Shown: piece after piece, positions 14,050 through 27,264 of the stretch
How positions within the stretch are numbered: the stretch's first letter is position 1
Layout of the letters: every line of letters starts with the position of its first letter
Origin: the human T2T-CHM13v2.0 reference genome, Homo sapiens
Length of the DNA stretch: 64,000 nt
Assembly: GCF_009914755.1 (NCBI RefSeq)
Contig: NC_060945.1
Strand: one strand, 5' to 3'
Position numbers and translations under genes: made by a program
Notes under the pieces: model-generated
Told to the model about the DNA's origin: nothing
Seen by the model: only the letters and a program-made list of their open reading frames with translations
Databases searched by the model: none

Positions 14050-15172
14050 TGTGTGCGTGGGTGTGAGTGTGCTTACTTGTGAGTGTATGGGAGAATGTGT
14101 GTGTGGGTGTGAATGGGTGTGATGTCAGCGAGGGTGTATTTTGACAGAGAGTGCTGCTAGGTGTGTGAGTGTATGTATGAAATCACCTCTAATTGTGCAT
14201 ATGACTGCTGTGAGATGATGTTGGGTGTCTGATGGGTGTGTGGTGTGTGCGAGATGATGTGTGGGTGTCTGGTGAGTGTGTAGTGTGTGTGAGATGATGT
14301 TGGGTGTCTGATGGGTGTGTGGTGTGTGTGAGATGATGTGTGGGTGTCTGGTGAGTGTGTGGTGTGTGAGATGATGTGTGGGTGTCTGATGGGTGTGTGG
14401 TGTGTGTGAGATGGTGTGTGGGTGTCTGATGAGGGAGTGTGTGCTGTGTGTAACCATGTGTCTCTGGTATGTGTGTTATGTATGTGAGTGTGTGGGGAGG
14501 TTATGTCTTTGTGGTGTGTATTGTGTGTACCCATGTTGTGTGTGTTTCTCTGTGTGTCCATGGTGTGTTCACAACGTGTACCAGTGGTGTGTGTGTCCAT
14601 GGTGTGTGTGTGTGTGGTGTGTGTCCCTGGTGTGTGTGGTGTGCGTCCCTGGTGTTTGTGTGTCCCTGATGTGTGTGCATCCCTGGTGTGTGTATGGGTC
14701 CCTGGTGTGTGTGCTGTGCGTCCCTGGTGTGTGTGCATCCCTTGTGTGTCTGTCCCTGGTGTGTGTCCCTGGTGTGTGTGGTGTGTGTCCCTGGTGTGTG
14801 TGTGGTGTGTGTGTCCCTGGTGTGTGTGTGTCCCTGGTGTGTGTGTTTGCGGGGGTCCCTGGTGTGTGTGGTGTGCGTCCCTGGAGTGTGTGTGGGTCCC
14901 TGGTGTGTGTGTGGGTCCCTGGTGTGTGTGGTATGCATCCCTGGTGTGTGTGTGGTGTGCATCCCCGGTGTGTGTGTGTGTGTCCCTGGTGTGTGCAGGG
15001 GTCCCTGGTGTGTGTGGTGTGCGTCCCTGGTGTGTGTGGGTGTCCCTGGTGTGTGTGGTGTGCGTCCGTGGTGTGTGTGGGTGTCCCTGGTGTGTGTGGT
15101 GTGCGTCCCTGGTGTGTGTGGTGTGTGTCCCTGGTGTGTGTGTGTCTGTCCCTGACGTGTGTGTGTATCTGT
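14050..15172. repeat. Compound TG-rich minisatellite
   Basis: ~40-bp units GAGATGATGTGTGGGTGTCTG...GTGTGT at ~14210-14430, then ~20-24-bp units GTCCCTGGTGTGTGTGGTGTGC at ~14620-15150. Confidence 0.95.
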
Positions 15173-16599
15173 GCACACGGCTGCCCACCCACAGGCTGTC
15201 CTGGCCAGGTGCCTGGTTCTCCCAGGCCCTGCAGAACACTCTGTGCGGAGTGGGCCCAGGAGGTGGGATTCCTGCAGAGCCGGTCCCTCTGGCCCTCGGG
15301 GTCTGCGCATCTTGGACAGTGTCCTGTGGGCTGCTCTGAGCCCAGGCACTGCTTGCAGGGCAGATGGGACACCGGCTGGAGGATGCCCACAGCCCATGGG
15401 CTGGTTGCTGCTGTCTCCCGCCTGCCTGCCAGGGGCACAGCCGGGGGTTTAGGGTGCAGCCTCCGGCCCGCTGGCTCAAGTTTCCAGAAGAGTCTGCCAC
15501 AGACAGATCTCATGTAGCAAAGGGCAGAGGCCAGAGGTGGACTCCACACGGGCCTGCAATGGGTGACTGTGGGCAAGTCACCAAACCACGCAGGGCCTCC
15601 TGGTCACCGACCAGTCACCACCCCTGTCCCAGGGTAGGTGATGAGACAAAGCCCTTCCCTTGGCCCTGGCAGAGAAGTGAGGAGCAGCCGCTCTGCCTTA
15701 GTTTATAAAATGGGAAGAACAAGTCCCTGAGGGTCAACGTTTGGGGGACCCTGCAGAGACTGGGCACAAAGTGTCCTGCACATCTAGGATCAGGCAGGTG
15801 ATGCTCAGACAAGTTCCAAACACATGGGGAACCAAAATGTGGTTGCCCCAAAATGTGGTTTTGGGGACCCCAACACCTGGGGTGGGTGGGCACAGCGTGC
15901 TCCTGTGTTGCTGAGAGCCAGAGAGGAAGTCTCCAACCCCACAGGGCTTTCCTGATCCGGGCATCTCGGCCCGGGGCCTGGCTGCTGGGCGGGCCCCAGG
16001 AGTGCCCCCATGGAGGGCCTTCTGGGATGACATTGGCCTGTGGCCACTTCTGCAGCCCCAGCCCAGCCTTCAGGTCTCTCCTGCTTCAGAAGCCCTTGGC
16101 CATCCCCAGGCACCTCCCGGACATTGCCCAGAGCGGCGGCCCTAAGACGACAAGAGCTGTGATGCCCCGTTGGTGCCGCTAGGACTGCCCAGCCCTCCTG
16201 CTGCTCCGTGGACCTCCGGGGTCTGGGATGGGTGGGTGGGGCCCTTCCTGGTGACTGGCGTTTACTGGGCTTCTGTGGGGCCACCAAGCACCGACACAGG
16301 GTCAGAGTGAGGAGCGAAAGCCCTGACGCCTGCCCTCATGGGGAGTCGGTCTCCTCTGGACACGGCCTTGTTCCAGTGACCACAGAGGCTGGCGAGTGCC
16401 ACGTGGTCCCCACTGCATCACACACCTCCCACGCCCTGCCCGGCGTCAGGGACAGGAGGCTCAGGGAAGCGAAGGACACTGCCCAGGGGCACGGGGCTGG
16501 CCAGGGCTCGCCCAGGCCTGCCTGCCCCAAAGCCCAGCTCCTCTCTCCACCCGGCTCCTAGCTTTGTCCCAAAAAGCCGGAAGGACCAGACACTTGGTT

Positions 16600-16730
16600 T
16601 GGGGCAAAACTTAAGTGGGAGGGTGCTAAAAAAAAATCAAGATCAATAACATTTTAGTGTAATACTTTTAAAAATTAAAATTAATGCACAATTCATGATG
16701 AACGAAATGTCAAACTTCTAAACAAGTCAA
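16600..16730. mobile_element. Possible hAT DNA transposon fragment
   Basis: Abrupt AT-rich insert (AATCAAGATCAATAACATTTTAGTGTAATACTTTTAAAAATTAAAATTAATGC) resembling old hAT elements from memory. Family not verified. Confidence 0.35.
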
Positions 16731-17769
16731 GGCCCGCCTCTGTGTGGCACAGCCCTGGGGGCGAGTGCTCAGCCCACCCCAAACCCCTGGGCCGGGCTCC
16801 AGGGAAATGCTGCCAGCTTCCCACTTCCAGCAGAGCCAGCCCCTCAGCTGTGAGACGGTTTCCACAGCGACCAGCCCAGGTAGCGGGGAGGCTCTCCAGT
16901 TCAGGGGATGCTAGGAGACACTGGGAAGGGGGATCCCTGCTGGGAAGAGCCAGGAAGGGGCTCCACAATTCCTCTGGAGGAAGCACGACCTCCAAGGATG
17001 AGGAGAGGAAATCCCTCCAGCCCAGGAATTTCCCAAGCCAGAGCTCTCTGCCTCATGAGAATGGAGCCACCGTCCCCAGCGCCAAGGGAGGCTGCTCCCT
17101 CCCTTCCTCCTTCCCTCCCTTCCTCCCTCCCTCCCTCCCTTCCTCCTCCCTGTCCTTGCCCCCCGGGAGCCTAAGAGCTCGCTACCTGGGGTGAATGCCC
17201 AGTAGACCGTGCAGTTCTGATTTTCTCACACACTGCACTTTTGGATGATTACTTATGGATGCTAGCCATTACGAAGGAAGCAAAAAGCCGTGTGCAGTGC
17301 AGGACTGAGTTTGCTTGATTAAAAGGCCTCGCCAGTTGCTGACGCCCTGGGGTTGCGTCTGAGGGGCGGTGAACGTGGCCTCCAGATTTCTCTTGCTGCG
17401 AGGCTTGGGCACATCCCGATGGCAGTTGGCTGTGGGGTGAACGGGGAGTGCCAGGCAGGAGGCAGGGGCCTGGCAGGAAATAGATGTTACATGCAAATTG
17501 AATCACTTAAGGAGCATTTAATAAAGGAATTACAAGAACAGGACAGACTTGGGAAACCAGGAGGGATGGGTGCTCAAGGGGCAGCCCGGGCAGGAGAACC
17601 GCGTCTTCCCAAGGCCTGGAGAGGGAGGGCAGGAGCCAGTGCCGACCCAAGCCTTGTAGCTGTCGGTAAGAAGGCCTGGACAGGAGCCGCTCCCCACCCC
17701 TGACACACACAAAGGACACAGTGAGTCCCAAGCCCTTGGAGGGCAGTGGAAACGCCCCCTTAACAGGCA

Positions 17770-18725
17770 ACGTTCTTCCGAGAAACAGAACCAGGGGGAT
17801 TTGTCCCGGCTTTCCTGACATGAAAAAAACAATAGGCGGTTCATATACACGTATATATATTTAGACAATAGGCGGTTTACATACACATATATATGTTTAG
17901 AGAACAGACGGTTTACATACACGGATATACGTTTAGACAACAGGCAGTTTACATACACGGATATATGTTTAGAGAACAGGCGGTTTACATACACGGATAT
18001 ACGTTTAGAGAACAGGCGGTTTACATACACGGATATACGTTTAGAGAACAGGCGGTTTACATACACGGATATACGTTTAGACAACAGGCGGTTTACATAC
18101 ACGGATATACGTTTAGAGAACAGGCGGTTTACATACACGGATATATGTTTAGACAACAACAGGCGGTTTACATACACGGATATATGTTTAGACAACAGGC
18201 GGTTTACATACACGGATATATGTTTAGACAACAGGCGGTTTACATACACGGATATATGTTTAGACAACAGGCGGTTTACATACACGGATATATGTTTAGA
18301 CAACAGGCGGTTTACATACACGGATATATGTTTAGACAACAGGCGGTTTACATACACGGATATATGTTTAGACAACAGGCGGTTTACCTAGACGGATATA
18401 TGTTTAGAGATTTATTTTAAGGCATTGGATCCCGCAATCATGGGGGTTCAAAACCTGCAGGGCAGGCGGCAGGCAGGAGACACGCAGTAGGGCACGTCAC
18501 CGTCTTGAGGCAGGTGTTCTCAGTGAAACCTCGGTTTTCACTCTTAAGGGCTTCCTTTGAAGGGATGAGTCCCTCCCAGAAAAATCGAGGCTAATCTCCT
18601 TCAGATCATCTGATTGTGGATATTGAGCTCCTCTGCAGGACACCTTCCCAGCTACACCTGGGCTCATGTTTGAGCACTTAGGTACTGTGGCCTGGCCAGG
18701 ATTACAGGTAATGCAAACCTCATCC
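17770..18725. mobile_element. MLT2-type (ERVL) LTR interrupted by a minisatellite
   Basis: GTTCTTCCGAGAAACAGAACC lies before the array; AGAGATTTATTTTAAGGCATTGG...GGTACTGTGGCCTGGCCAGG lies after it. Both resemble MLT2 consensus. Confidence 0.6.
17830..18408. repeat. Minisatellite, 36-bp unit, ~16 copies
   Basis: Unit CAACAGGCGGTTTACATACACGGATATATGTTTAGA, highly homogeneous. Confidence 0.97.
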
Positions 18726-18923
18726 TCCCCATTTTGCCTCTCCCATCCTGGGCTTCTCTGCCAGGGCTTCCTAAGGGCTGAGCCAGAGGCGGAGAGGGCC
18801 TTGGGGGCATGCAGAGAGCTCAGCAGAGCAAGAAGAGGTCAGCCAGGCTGGGGGTCCCGGCGACTCAGGCAGGAGCCTGACGTTTAATTCCAGGTCTGCA
18901 GGAAACCATCTTGAGCTCCAGGT

Positions 18924-19067
18924 GGGAGAGGGTTCCCTGTGATCAGATTCTGAGCCTCGGGCGGGAGAGCGTTCCCTGTGATCAGATTCTGAGCCCCAGG
19001 CGGGAAAGGGTTCCCTGTGATCAGATTCTGAGCCCCGGGCGGGAGAGGGTTCCCTGTGATCAGATTC
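18924..19067. repeat. 39-bp tandem repeat, ~4 copies
   Basis: GGGAGAGGGTTCCCTGTGATCAGATTCTGAGCC(T/C)CGGGC repeated. Confidence 0.9.
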
Positions 19068-19499
19068 CACAAAAGAAGAGCTTCTTCCTTCCCCTCCCAT
19101 TCCCAGTCACCCATGAGACCCGTGGCTACCTGGTGGTGGCATGTGGGGCAAACGCCTGTGTTGACCACCTGGGAGGTTTGGTTTCCTCCACTAGAAAACT
19201 GGAGAGCTGAAAACATGTCCTTGTAGAACATGTGAAATGACCTCCTGGGGTGCCTGACGCTGCCCGTGCGGGCTCTGGCGATGCCTCAGTGGCTTCCTAA
19301 GACACCCTCCTTCACCCCGTACAGTCTCCGGTGCAGAGATGGACGAGCTGGGGGACTCAGGCAATTTCCCCCACAAAGTGTTGCAATGGATTGAGAACGC
19401 CTCCCGGAGTGTCTGAGGCCACCTGCATTTTCAGAAGAAAGTTCCACTTTCTTCAGAACAGATAACGTGGTGCTTTGACTGCCATTGTTATCTGCTGCA

Positions 19500-19840
19500 C
19501 CGAGTCAGGAGAGGCTGGGCCGTGACGTGACGCAGTAACAAGCAAACCTCCAAAATCTCACAGCTTAATCGCGCTACAGCGTATTTCTCTCTAGGGCAAG
19601 CAGCACACGGATTGTCAGGGCCCTCCTCCAGGGTCACTGGGGGGCCGGGTTCCCCATCTCCTAGTGCCGCCCTCACAGACATGCCTCCAGGGTCCCACGG
19701 CAGAGAGGGGCCTGTGGAGGAGGCATGCAACCTCTGAGTGTGTTGGCAAGCCGACTCATGGTCCTTCTGCTCAGAGCCCATTGGCCATGGCTGGTCACAT
19801 GGTCCCAACCTCACCTCGAGGGACGCTGGGCCTGAAGGAA
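19500..19840. mobile_element. Old MaLR (MLT1-type) LTR fragment
   Basis: GCAGTAACAAGCAAACCTCCAAAATCTCAC and CCATTGGCCATGGCTGGTCACATGGTCCC resemble MLT1 motifs. Confidence 0.5.
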
Positions 19841-20022
19841 AACACACAGAATATTTAGAGAATTCTCCTGCCCTTCCTCTATGGAAATGTGGGACAGCTG
19901 GGCATGTCTAAAATTAATTGGTTTTTAAGAATGTTCAGTAAGATCCCATCCTGGGAAGAAAACCCTATTTAAAAATATATCATATAGAATATATAAAACA
20001 TATACACATACAGATATAGACT

Positions 20023-20500
20023 GTGTGTGTTTTCTATTTCCATGTAGCAAATTACCCCAAAACTGAGCAGTGTAAAACAACAAACCTTCATTATCTTACA
20101 GTTTCAGAGGCTCCAGGATTTGGAAGAAGCCCAGTGGGGTGGCTGTGGCTCAGGATCTGGCACGAGGTTGCCGCCAGGACGGCAACACCTGCACGTGCGA
20201 CTGGGCTGGGGGATCCGTTTCCAAGGAAGCTTGCTCACATGGCTGCTGGGGAGAGGCCTCCAGTCCTCACAAGGCCATTGGTGGAGGCTGCAGCTCCTCA
20301 CAGGCTATTGGCGGGAGGCCTCAGTCCCTGGCCTCATAGGCTTCTCCACAAGGCTGCTTGAGCATTCTCCTAACATGGCGACTGTCTTCCCCCAGAGTGA
20401 CCCCAGGGAGAGCAAGGTGGGATCCACAAAGCCATTTGTGAACTAGGCTTGGACATCACTCACTGTCACACAGGCCAACTCTGATACAATGATACCAGGA
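20023..20500. mobile_element. MaLR (MLT1-type) LTR
   Basis: CAAATTACCCCAAAACTGAGCAGTGTAAAACAACAAAC...ATTATCTTACAGTTTC...GGCTCAGGATCTGGCACGAGGTTGC is typical MLT1 sequence. Confidence 0.65.
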
Positions 20501-20502
20501 CG

Positions 20503-20963
20503 CTGTGATGGCCAATTTCATGTGTCACCTTGACTGGGAAGAGGTGGCGAGATATTTGGCCGCATGTTCTCTAGGGTATCTGTGAGCTGTCTCTGGGTGA
20601 GATCAGCATTTGAGTTGAAGGACTGAGGAAAGTCCATGGCTGTCCCCTGCGTGGGCGGGCATCCTCCAATCCCTTGAAGGCCTGAGCAGAACAAAAGGCT
20701 GAGGGAGGGAGAGCCCACTTTCTCTGCCTGAAGGTCTTCAAGCTGATGGGATCTTGTCCAGCCTTCAGATTTGAACTCGGCTGCATCATCAGCTCTCCTG
20801 GGTCTCAGGCCTTCAGACTCAGATGGTGACATAGGCCCTCCTCCGTCTCCAGGTGGCAGGTCTCAGGACATCTCAGCTTCTGTAATCACATGAGCCAGTT
20901 CCCTGGAATAAATAAACCCGTCTCCTACTGCTTCTGTTTCTCCGGAGAACCCTGATGAATACA
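20503..20963. mobile_element. MLT2 (ERVL) LTR
   Basis: Starts TGTGATGGCCAATTTCATGTGTCACCTTGACTGGG; ends AAATAAACC...GTTTCTCCGGAGAACCCTGATGAATACA. Confidence 0.75.
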
Positions 20964-21458
20964 GCTATGGAGGCTGGCGGGGAAGACCCCAGAGACATCC
21001 TGGAGGCTCCCACAGAGAGAGGGGGGTGGTGCAGGGTTTTATTTCCAGTAGGAATTTTACTAGAGCAGCGGAATTGATGACTAAGGTCCACAGATGAAAA
21101 TGACAGAGGTTCCAAGCAACCCCCAACACCACCCAGCACAATCTCCACATTCTAAGAAACTCATTAGACCCAGACACACAGCCTGCAGGGCTGAGCAGGA
21201 CTGACCCGCCAGTCACCCAGCCGCAGCCCCAGCCTCTGTGTGGGGATAGGGAGGTCGGAGTCATCAGAGCTGGTGGCTCATCAGGGTACCAGCCCAGAGG
21301 GTGGAGGGGAGCGAGCAGGAGAGCACGCACACCTCTGTCCCCACCCCAAGTCTGGAGAGACAGCAGCCTCACCCCGGGGCAGGGGAGCATGAGCAGGACA
21401 GAAGATTCGAGCTTTCAGCTGGGCTGGGCTGCATTTCCACAGTTAAAAGTGAGCAGAC

Positions 21459-21749
<291 letters not shown>

Positions 21750-21892
21750 AAAGTGAGCAGACTCAGGGGAGTCTGTCCCAGGGGCTGTAAGGGACAAGGA
21801 GGGGAGTATGACGGGGCTGGCTGAAAGCTGCGATTGGCCAAAAGAAAGTAGTCTGTACTCATCCCAGGGCTGAGGCTGGGCCAGCAATAGTA

Positions 21893-22706
21893 TGTAGACA
21901 GCACGGCCCAGGCAGGTGACGGTGTGTAGACAGCACGGCCCAGGCAGGTGACGGTGTGTAGACAGCACGGCCCAGGCAGGTGACGGTGTGTAGACAGCAC
22001 GGCCCAGGCAGGTGATGGTGTGTAGACAGCACGGCCCAGGCCGGTGTCGGTGTGTAGACAGCACGGCCCAGGCAGGTGACGGTGTGTAGACAGCACGGCC
22101 CAGGCCGGTGTAGACAGCACGGCCCAGGCCGGTGTCAGTGTGTAGACAGCACAGCCCAGGCAGGTGACGGTGTGTAGACAGCACGGCCCAGGCAGGTGAC
22201 GGTGTGTAGACAGCACGGCCCAGGCAGGTGACGGTGTGTAGACAGCACGGCCCAGGCAGGTGACGGTGTCTAGACAGCACGGCCCAGGCAGGTGACGGTG
22301 TGTAGACAGCACGGCCCAGGCAGGTGACGGTGTGTAGACAGCACGGCCCAGGCAGGTGACGGTGTGTAGACAGCACGGCCCAGGCAGGTGACGGTGTGTA
22401 GACAGCACGGCCCAGGCAGGTGACGGTGTGTAGACAGCACGGCCCAGGCAGGTGACGGTGTGTAGACAGCACGGCCCAGGCCGGTGTAGACAGCACGGCC
22501 CAGGCCGGTGTCAGTGTGTAGACAGCACAGCCCAGGCAGGTGACGGTGTGTAGACAGCACGGCCCAGGCAGGTGACGGTGTGTAGACAGCACGGCCCAGG
22601 CCGGTGTCGGTGTGTAGACAGCACGGCCCAGGCAGGTGACGGTGTGTAGACAGCACAGCCCAGGCCGGTGTAGACAGCACAGCCCAGGCCGGTGTAGACA
22701 GCACGG
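21893..22706. repeat. Minisatellite, 32-bp unit, ~25 copies with 24-bp variants
   Basis: Unit GTGTAGACAGCACGGCCCAGGCAGGTGACGGT; variant ...CCCAGGCCGGTGT. Confidence 0.97.
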
Positions 22707-22821
22707 ATGCAGCCGGGCTCCAGCTGCTCGGCCATGTCCGTGGCCTGCAGAATTCTAAGAAAAACAATGACAGGTAGTGTGTGTGTTCATCCATTCTCGC
22801 ATTATATAAAGAAATACACAA

Positions 22822-23346
<525 letters not shown>

Positions 23347-24859
23347 TCATGGTTCTGCTGGCTGTACAGGAAGCATAGCAGCATCAGCTTCTGAGGAGGC
23401 CTCAGGAAGCTTCCAATCATGGCAGGAGGCAACAGGGGAGCAGGTGTGTCTTCCATGGCCAGAGCAGGAGGAAGAGAGAAGAGAGAGTGGGGGCAAGGTG
23501 CACATGCTTTAAAATGACCAGATCTCACGAGAACTCACTGTTGTGAGGACAGTACCAAGGGGATGGTCCTAAACCATTCATGAGAAATCCACCCCCATGA
23601 GCCAACCGCCTCTCACCAGGCCCCACCTCCAACACTGGGAATGACAATTCTGCATAAAGTTTGGGTGAGACAGAGCCAAACCTTGTCAGTGTGCATGTAT
23701 TTGTCTGATTTAAGGAGCTAATTTATAGCCCAGTAAATAAAAAGAGAAGATGAAGAAAGGAGTTAGGAAGGGAAACGTTCAGACAGAGTGAGCTAGAAAC
23801 CCGTCCGACTACTGCAAACTGGGGTTGGTGCTGTTTCCCCACAATTAAGAGTAGGTGGGGCCTAGGGTGTCTTTGCAATCCTGTCGCTGCAGCTCCTCGT
23901 GGGGTGGGGGCAGGCTCAGTAGCCCCTGCTGAGCAGAGGGCCTCTCCAGGCCCTCAGGGACAGAGGGCCTTGGGAGGATGCACCCCCAGCCAGTGCAGGG
24001 AGGCTGAGGAAGCTCCCACTCAATGGCAACCACATTCATTTGGCCTCACAGTCCACCCCGGGACTTGGGCGGTCCTGTTAGCAATGACAGGCAGCAGAAA
24101 GCGTTTCCATGTAAATTCCTACAAAGCTCTGGCTCTCTTGCTCCGGCTTCTATGATTGGAGCCTGGAACACGGATTCGAAGGACCTTCAGTCAGAAAGGG
24201 GACCTGCCACCTTCACGGCAGCACCCAGAGAGCAGCTTCCACGGGGCTGGATCCAGGACCCTAAACCATGGCCCCGAGGCTCTGCCCCTCTGCCCAGGCT
24301 GACGCCACGTGTCCTGCCCAGAATAACCAAGGCAACCAGTGACCGTGTCCGGTTCAGATCTGCTCTCCCACTGTTCCCAAATGAGCTTCGCAGGCCAGAG
24401 GTTTTGACTTGGAACTGAGCGAGATGAAAACTGTGAGAAGGGCCCCAGGGCAAGGAAGCCCTTCCCTCCCCCGCGGTCAATTCTGCTGCAAAATTTATTC
24501 CTGTCCCTCCAGGCCACCAGCGGAGGGAGAGCCAAGGCCCAGGAGGCTGCATGAAGAAACCCCGGCCACCACACCGTGTCCCCAGGGCCCACATGCTCCA
24601 CTCTCTTTGGTCAAAGAGTCCCTGGTGCAGCGGGGTGACTGGTCCATAAAGATTGTGTCCACTTATGCGCCAGGCACGGGCAAGGGGCTGGGGATACCGA
24701 GAGCCTGGAAATGCACAACCCTCCATCACAGTGCTCGCCCATTTGGCTGGGGAGGTGCACACACTGCCCAGCCTCCGTCCTCCCCTTTGCAAGGCAGCAG
24801 ATAAGTCTCCCTTTTCTATAGGCTGACCCTATCCTGTTATAAGGAGGCGCGTGCTCCCT

Positions 24860-25225
24860 CGCCAGCCGCAGTGATCAGTCCTGGGAGCTCACACAGCCCA
24901 AGCTACACCATTGGAAGTCCCTGGGAGACTTGTCCACAGAGTGAAGGGAAAAACGGCCTCTTCTCATCAGGGCTGCTAACCTGGGATTGCCAGAGGCCAT
25001 CCCCCACTGCATGGAGAGAGAGCTGACACCCTGAATGAAGTCAAGTAAAGACAAGCAGGGCTGAGATGCCGGGAGAGAGACAGAGCTTTGAGTGCATTAT
25101 TGAGGTCCTGGATCCAGCCATGCCTGCAGCTGCGCCTGGGTGAGATAGTTATAATAAGCCAACAGGCTCCCTTTTGGCTTACGTTCATCTGAGTTGGGAT
25201 TCTGCACCAAGAGAGCTCTCCCTAC
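24860..25225. mobile_element. Old MaLR (MLT1J/K-like) LTR fragment
   Basis: TCCTGGATCCAGCCATGCCTG...ATAAGCCAAC...TGAGTTGGGATTCTG resembles the MLT1J/K end. Confidence 0.5.
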
Positions 25226-27264
25226 CGCAGATAGGACAGCACTCCTGCAGTAATGCCGGATTAATACAATAGGTGCGCAGACAGGGGTGTGCAGAGGTGC
25301 TGTGGAAATAAGGCGGTAGGCAGGACTCAGGTCTTAAAGGATGACAGCAGCTCTCCAGGCAAAGGCCCTCAGAGGGTTCCAGGCAAGAAAACTGCATGAG
25401 CCTCAGGGAGAGGCAAGGGAGCAGGTCGGGGCACATACAGTTCACAGTGGCCATGAGGGCCGCATGCAGGCCACAGGCAGTGGAGGGGGCGGGTGCAGGA
25501 AGGCAGAGGGTGATGGTGGGAGCAGCACCTCCACTTTCCATCTTGGAGCAGAGAGGTGGTTAAACACCCACGACACACACTCACAGCAACCAGACATAAT
25601 TCACAAATAGCCCCTCCTGTGTTCTCTCCCAGCAGTGTGAGGGGGACGCAGAACCAGTGTCTCCTCTTAAAATCCCCGAACCCTCCCGCTGGCTGGCCCT
25701 GAGCAGCAAAGAGGACACCTGCGCGGCCTTCCTCTCCCGGCCCCTAACTGAGCCACGGCTACATCCCGCTCCTCCCACCAAAGCTCTTCGGCCAGTCAGC
25801 CCTCAGGCTCCAGCGCGGCTCGGAGGGGCCTGCCCCTGGTATAGCGCCCATGGTCACTGTCGGACACTCTTAAAACAACGGCCGTGTTTCTGTTCTGCGC
25901 TGGGCCCTGAAGCTCATGTCATCAGCCCTGCCGGCTGTGGGGCTCCCGGATTCTCTGACCTTGACCCATGCTGCAGCCACTCCGCCTGTTTCCTGGGGCT
26001 GGTTTACACCCCGAGATGCAGGGAAGGCCCAGCTGCGGAGCCCCAGGGAGGCCAGGAGCTGTTCACAACTCCAGGAAGCCACACTGGGCCTCAGTTGACG
26101 AAGAAGGCGACACCTTCGTGTGGGCCTTGCCTGCTAATCGGTGTCCTCAACCCAAGGGCACAGGCGCCGCTCCCAGGCCGCGCAGGCAGAGTAGAGCTGG
26201 GGTGGATGGCAGGCTTCAGGGACCCAGCCCCGATGAGTCACTTGGAAGGCATTTGCCCCAGAGCTTCCCTGGCCACTGCGCCTCCTCCCGCCCCAATCCA
26301 GCCCCATCTGGGTCCGAGCCTCTGGAGAGGAGCTGGCAGGTCAGGATGCGGTTCCCGTGCTCTTGCCTGTGTGTGGGGACCCGAAAGCCAGGCTGGTGGC
26401 CGAGGATGGCGAGCACAGCCCCAGCCCCTCGGCCTAGCGGGAGCTTCACGGGACGGTGCTCCCCCCACACCGTGGTGTTGCTTCTGTGGCCCCCTTCAGG
26501 GCCCACAGAGGGAAGGGGCCTGGCTCTCCCACGGGGCCTCTGTAATATTTAACCATAAACCAAGGCTGCGGGGAACCCCCAGTTTGCAGTAAACTTCCAT
26601 TTCTCTCCACTGGATGCGCAGGACTCCACTCAGCCAGGTAGGAGAATCTGCACTCACCTGGTTTCCGGAGCAAGGAGGCTGATGGCATCAGGGACTACCT
26701 CCCCTCAGCTTCCTCGGGCCACGCAGGAGTCCCCGGCCCGCCTCCTCCAAGACAGTGTGCGCATTTTGCCCGAGACAACACGGGCCTCAGACCGGGTACC
26801 GTGCCCAAGCACACACGGGCACACGCCCCTCCCACCTCCGGGCCATGTCCTGCCAGAGTCCACCCTCCTGGGCACAGGGCAAGCTCAGCTCTCAGCTCTC
26901 CCTGCCTGGCTGGCAGCAGCTGCAGCAGGTCACACCAGCAGCTTGGGCTCCCAAGAGCCTCGGGACCCCAGAACCACAGGTGGCCTGGCCTCTGGGGATG
27001 GTCGGGGGCTGAGCGTGAGACCCCAGCTGGGTGGCAGAGGCTCCAGTACTGAGGATTCCAGGCTGTGGTAGCACTCCACTGCAGGCCGACCTGCAGGCCA
27101 GGAGGAAGGGGCCCGCCGCCCAGGGTGTCTGTTCTAAGGAGCGCAGGGACAGGGCCTCCCCTGCAGGCGAGGCCACAGAGTGGGCCACCTCCTCCTCCCT
27201 GACCCCTCCTCCCAAGGGGCTTATCCTCCTCTGCAGGGCTGGTGTTACTCCCCCAAAGCCATCA

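Noticed and set aside
14157-15576. 283-447-aa His/Thr-rich or Cys/Val-rich ORFs
   Set aside because: Translations of the TG-rich array.
17530-18420. ORFs with 12-aa repeats (SKHISVYVNRLL; QQAVYIHGYMFR)
   Set aside because: The 36-bp unit is a multiple of 3 and lacks stops in these frames; it lies within an LTR relic.
25657-26592. 311-aa ORF in unique GC-rich DNA
   Set aside because: Non-ATG start, Pro/Gly/Ala-rich composition and no recognisable domain; expected by chance at this GC content.
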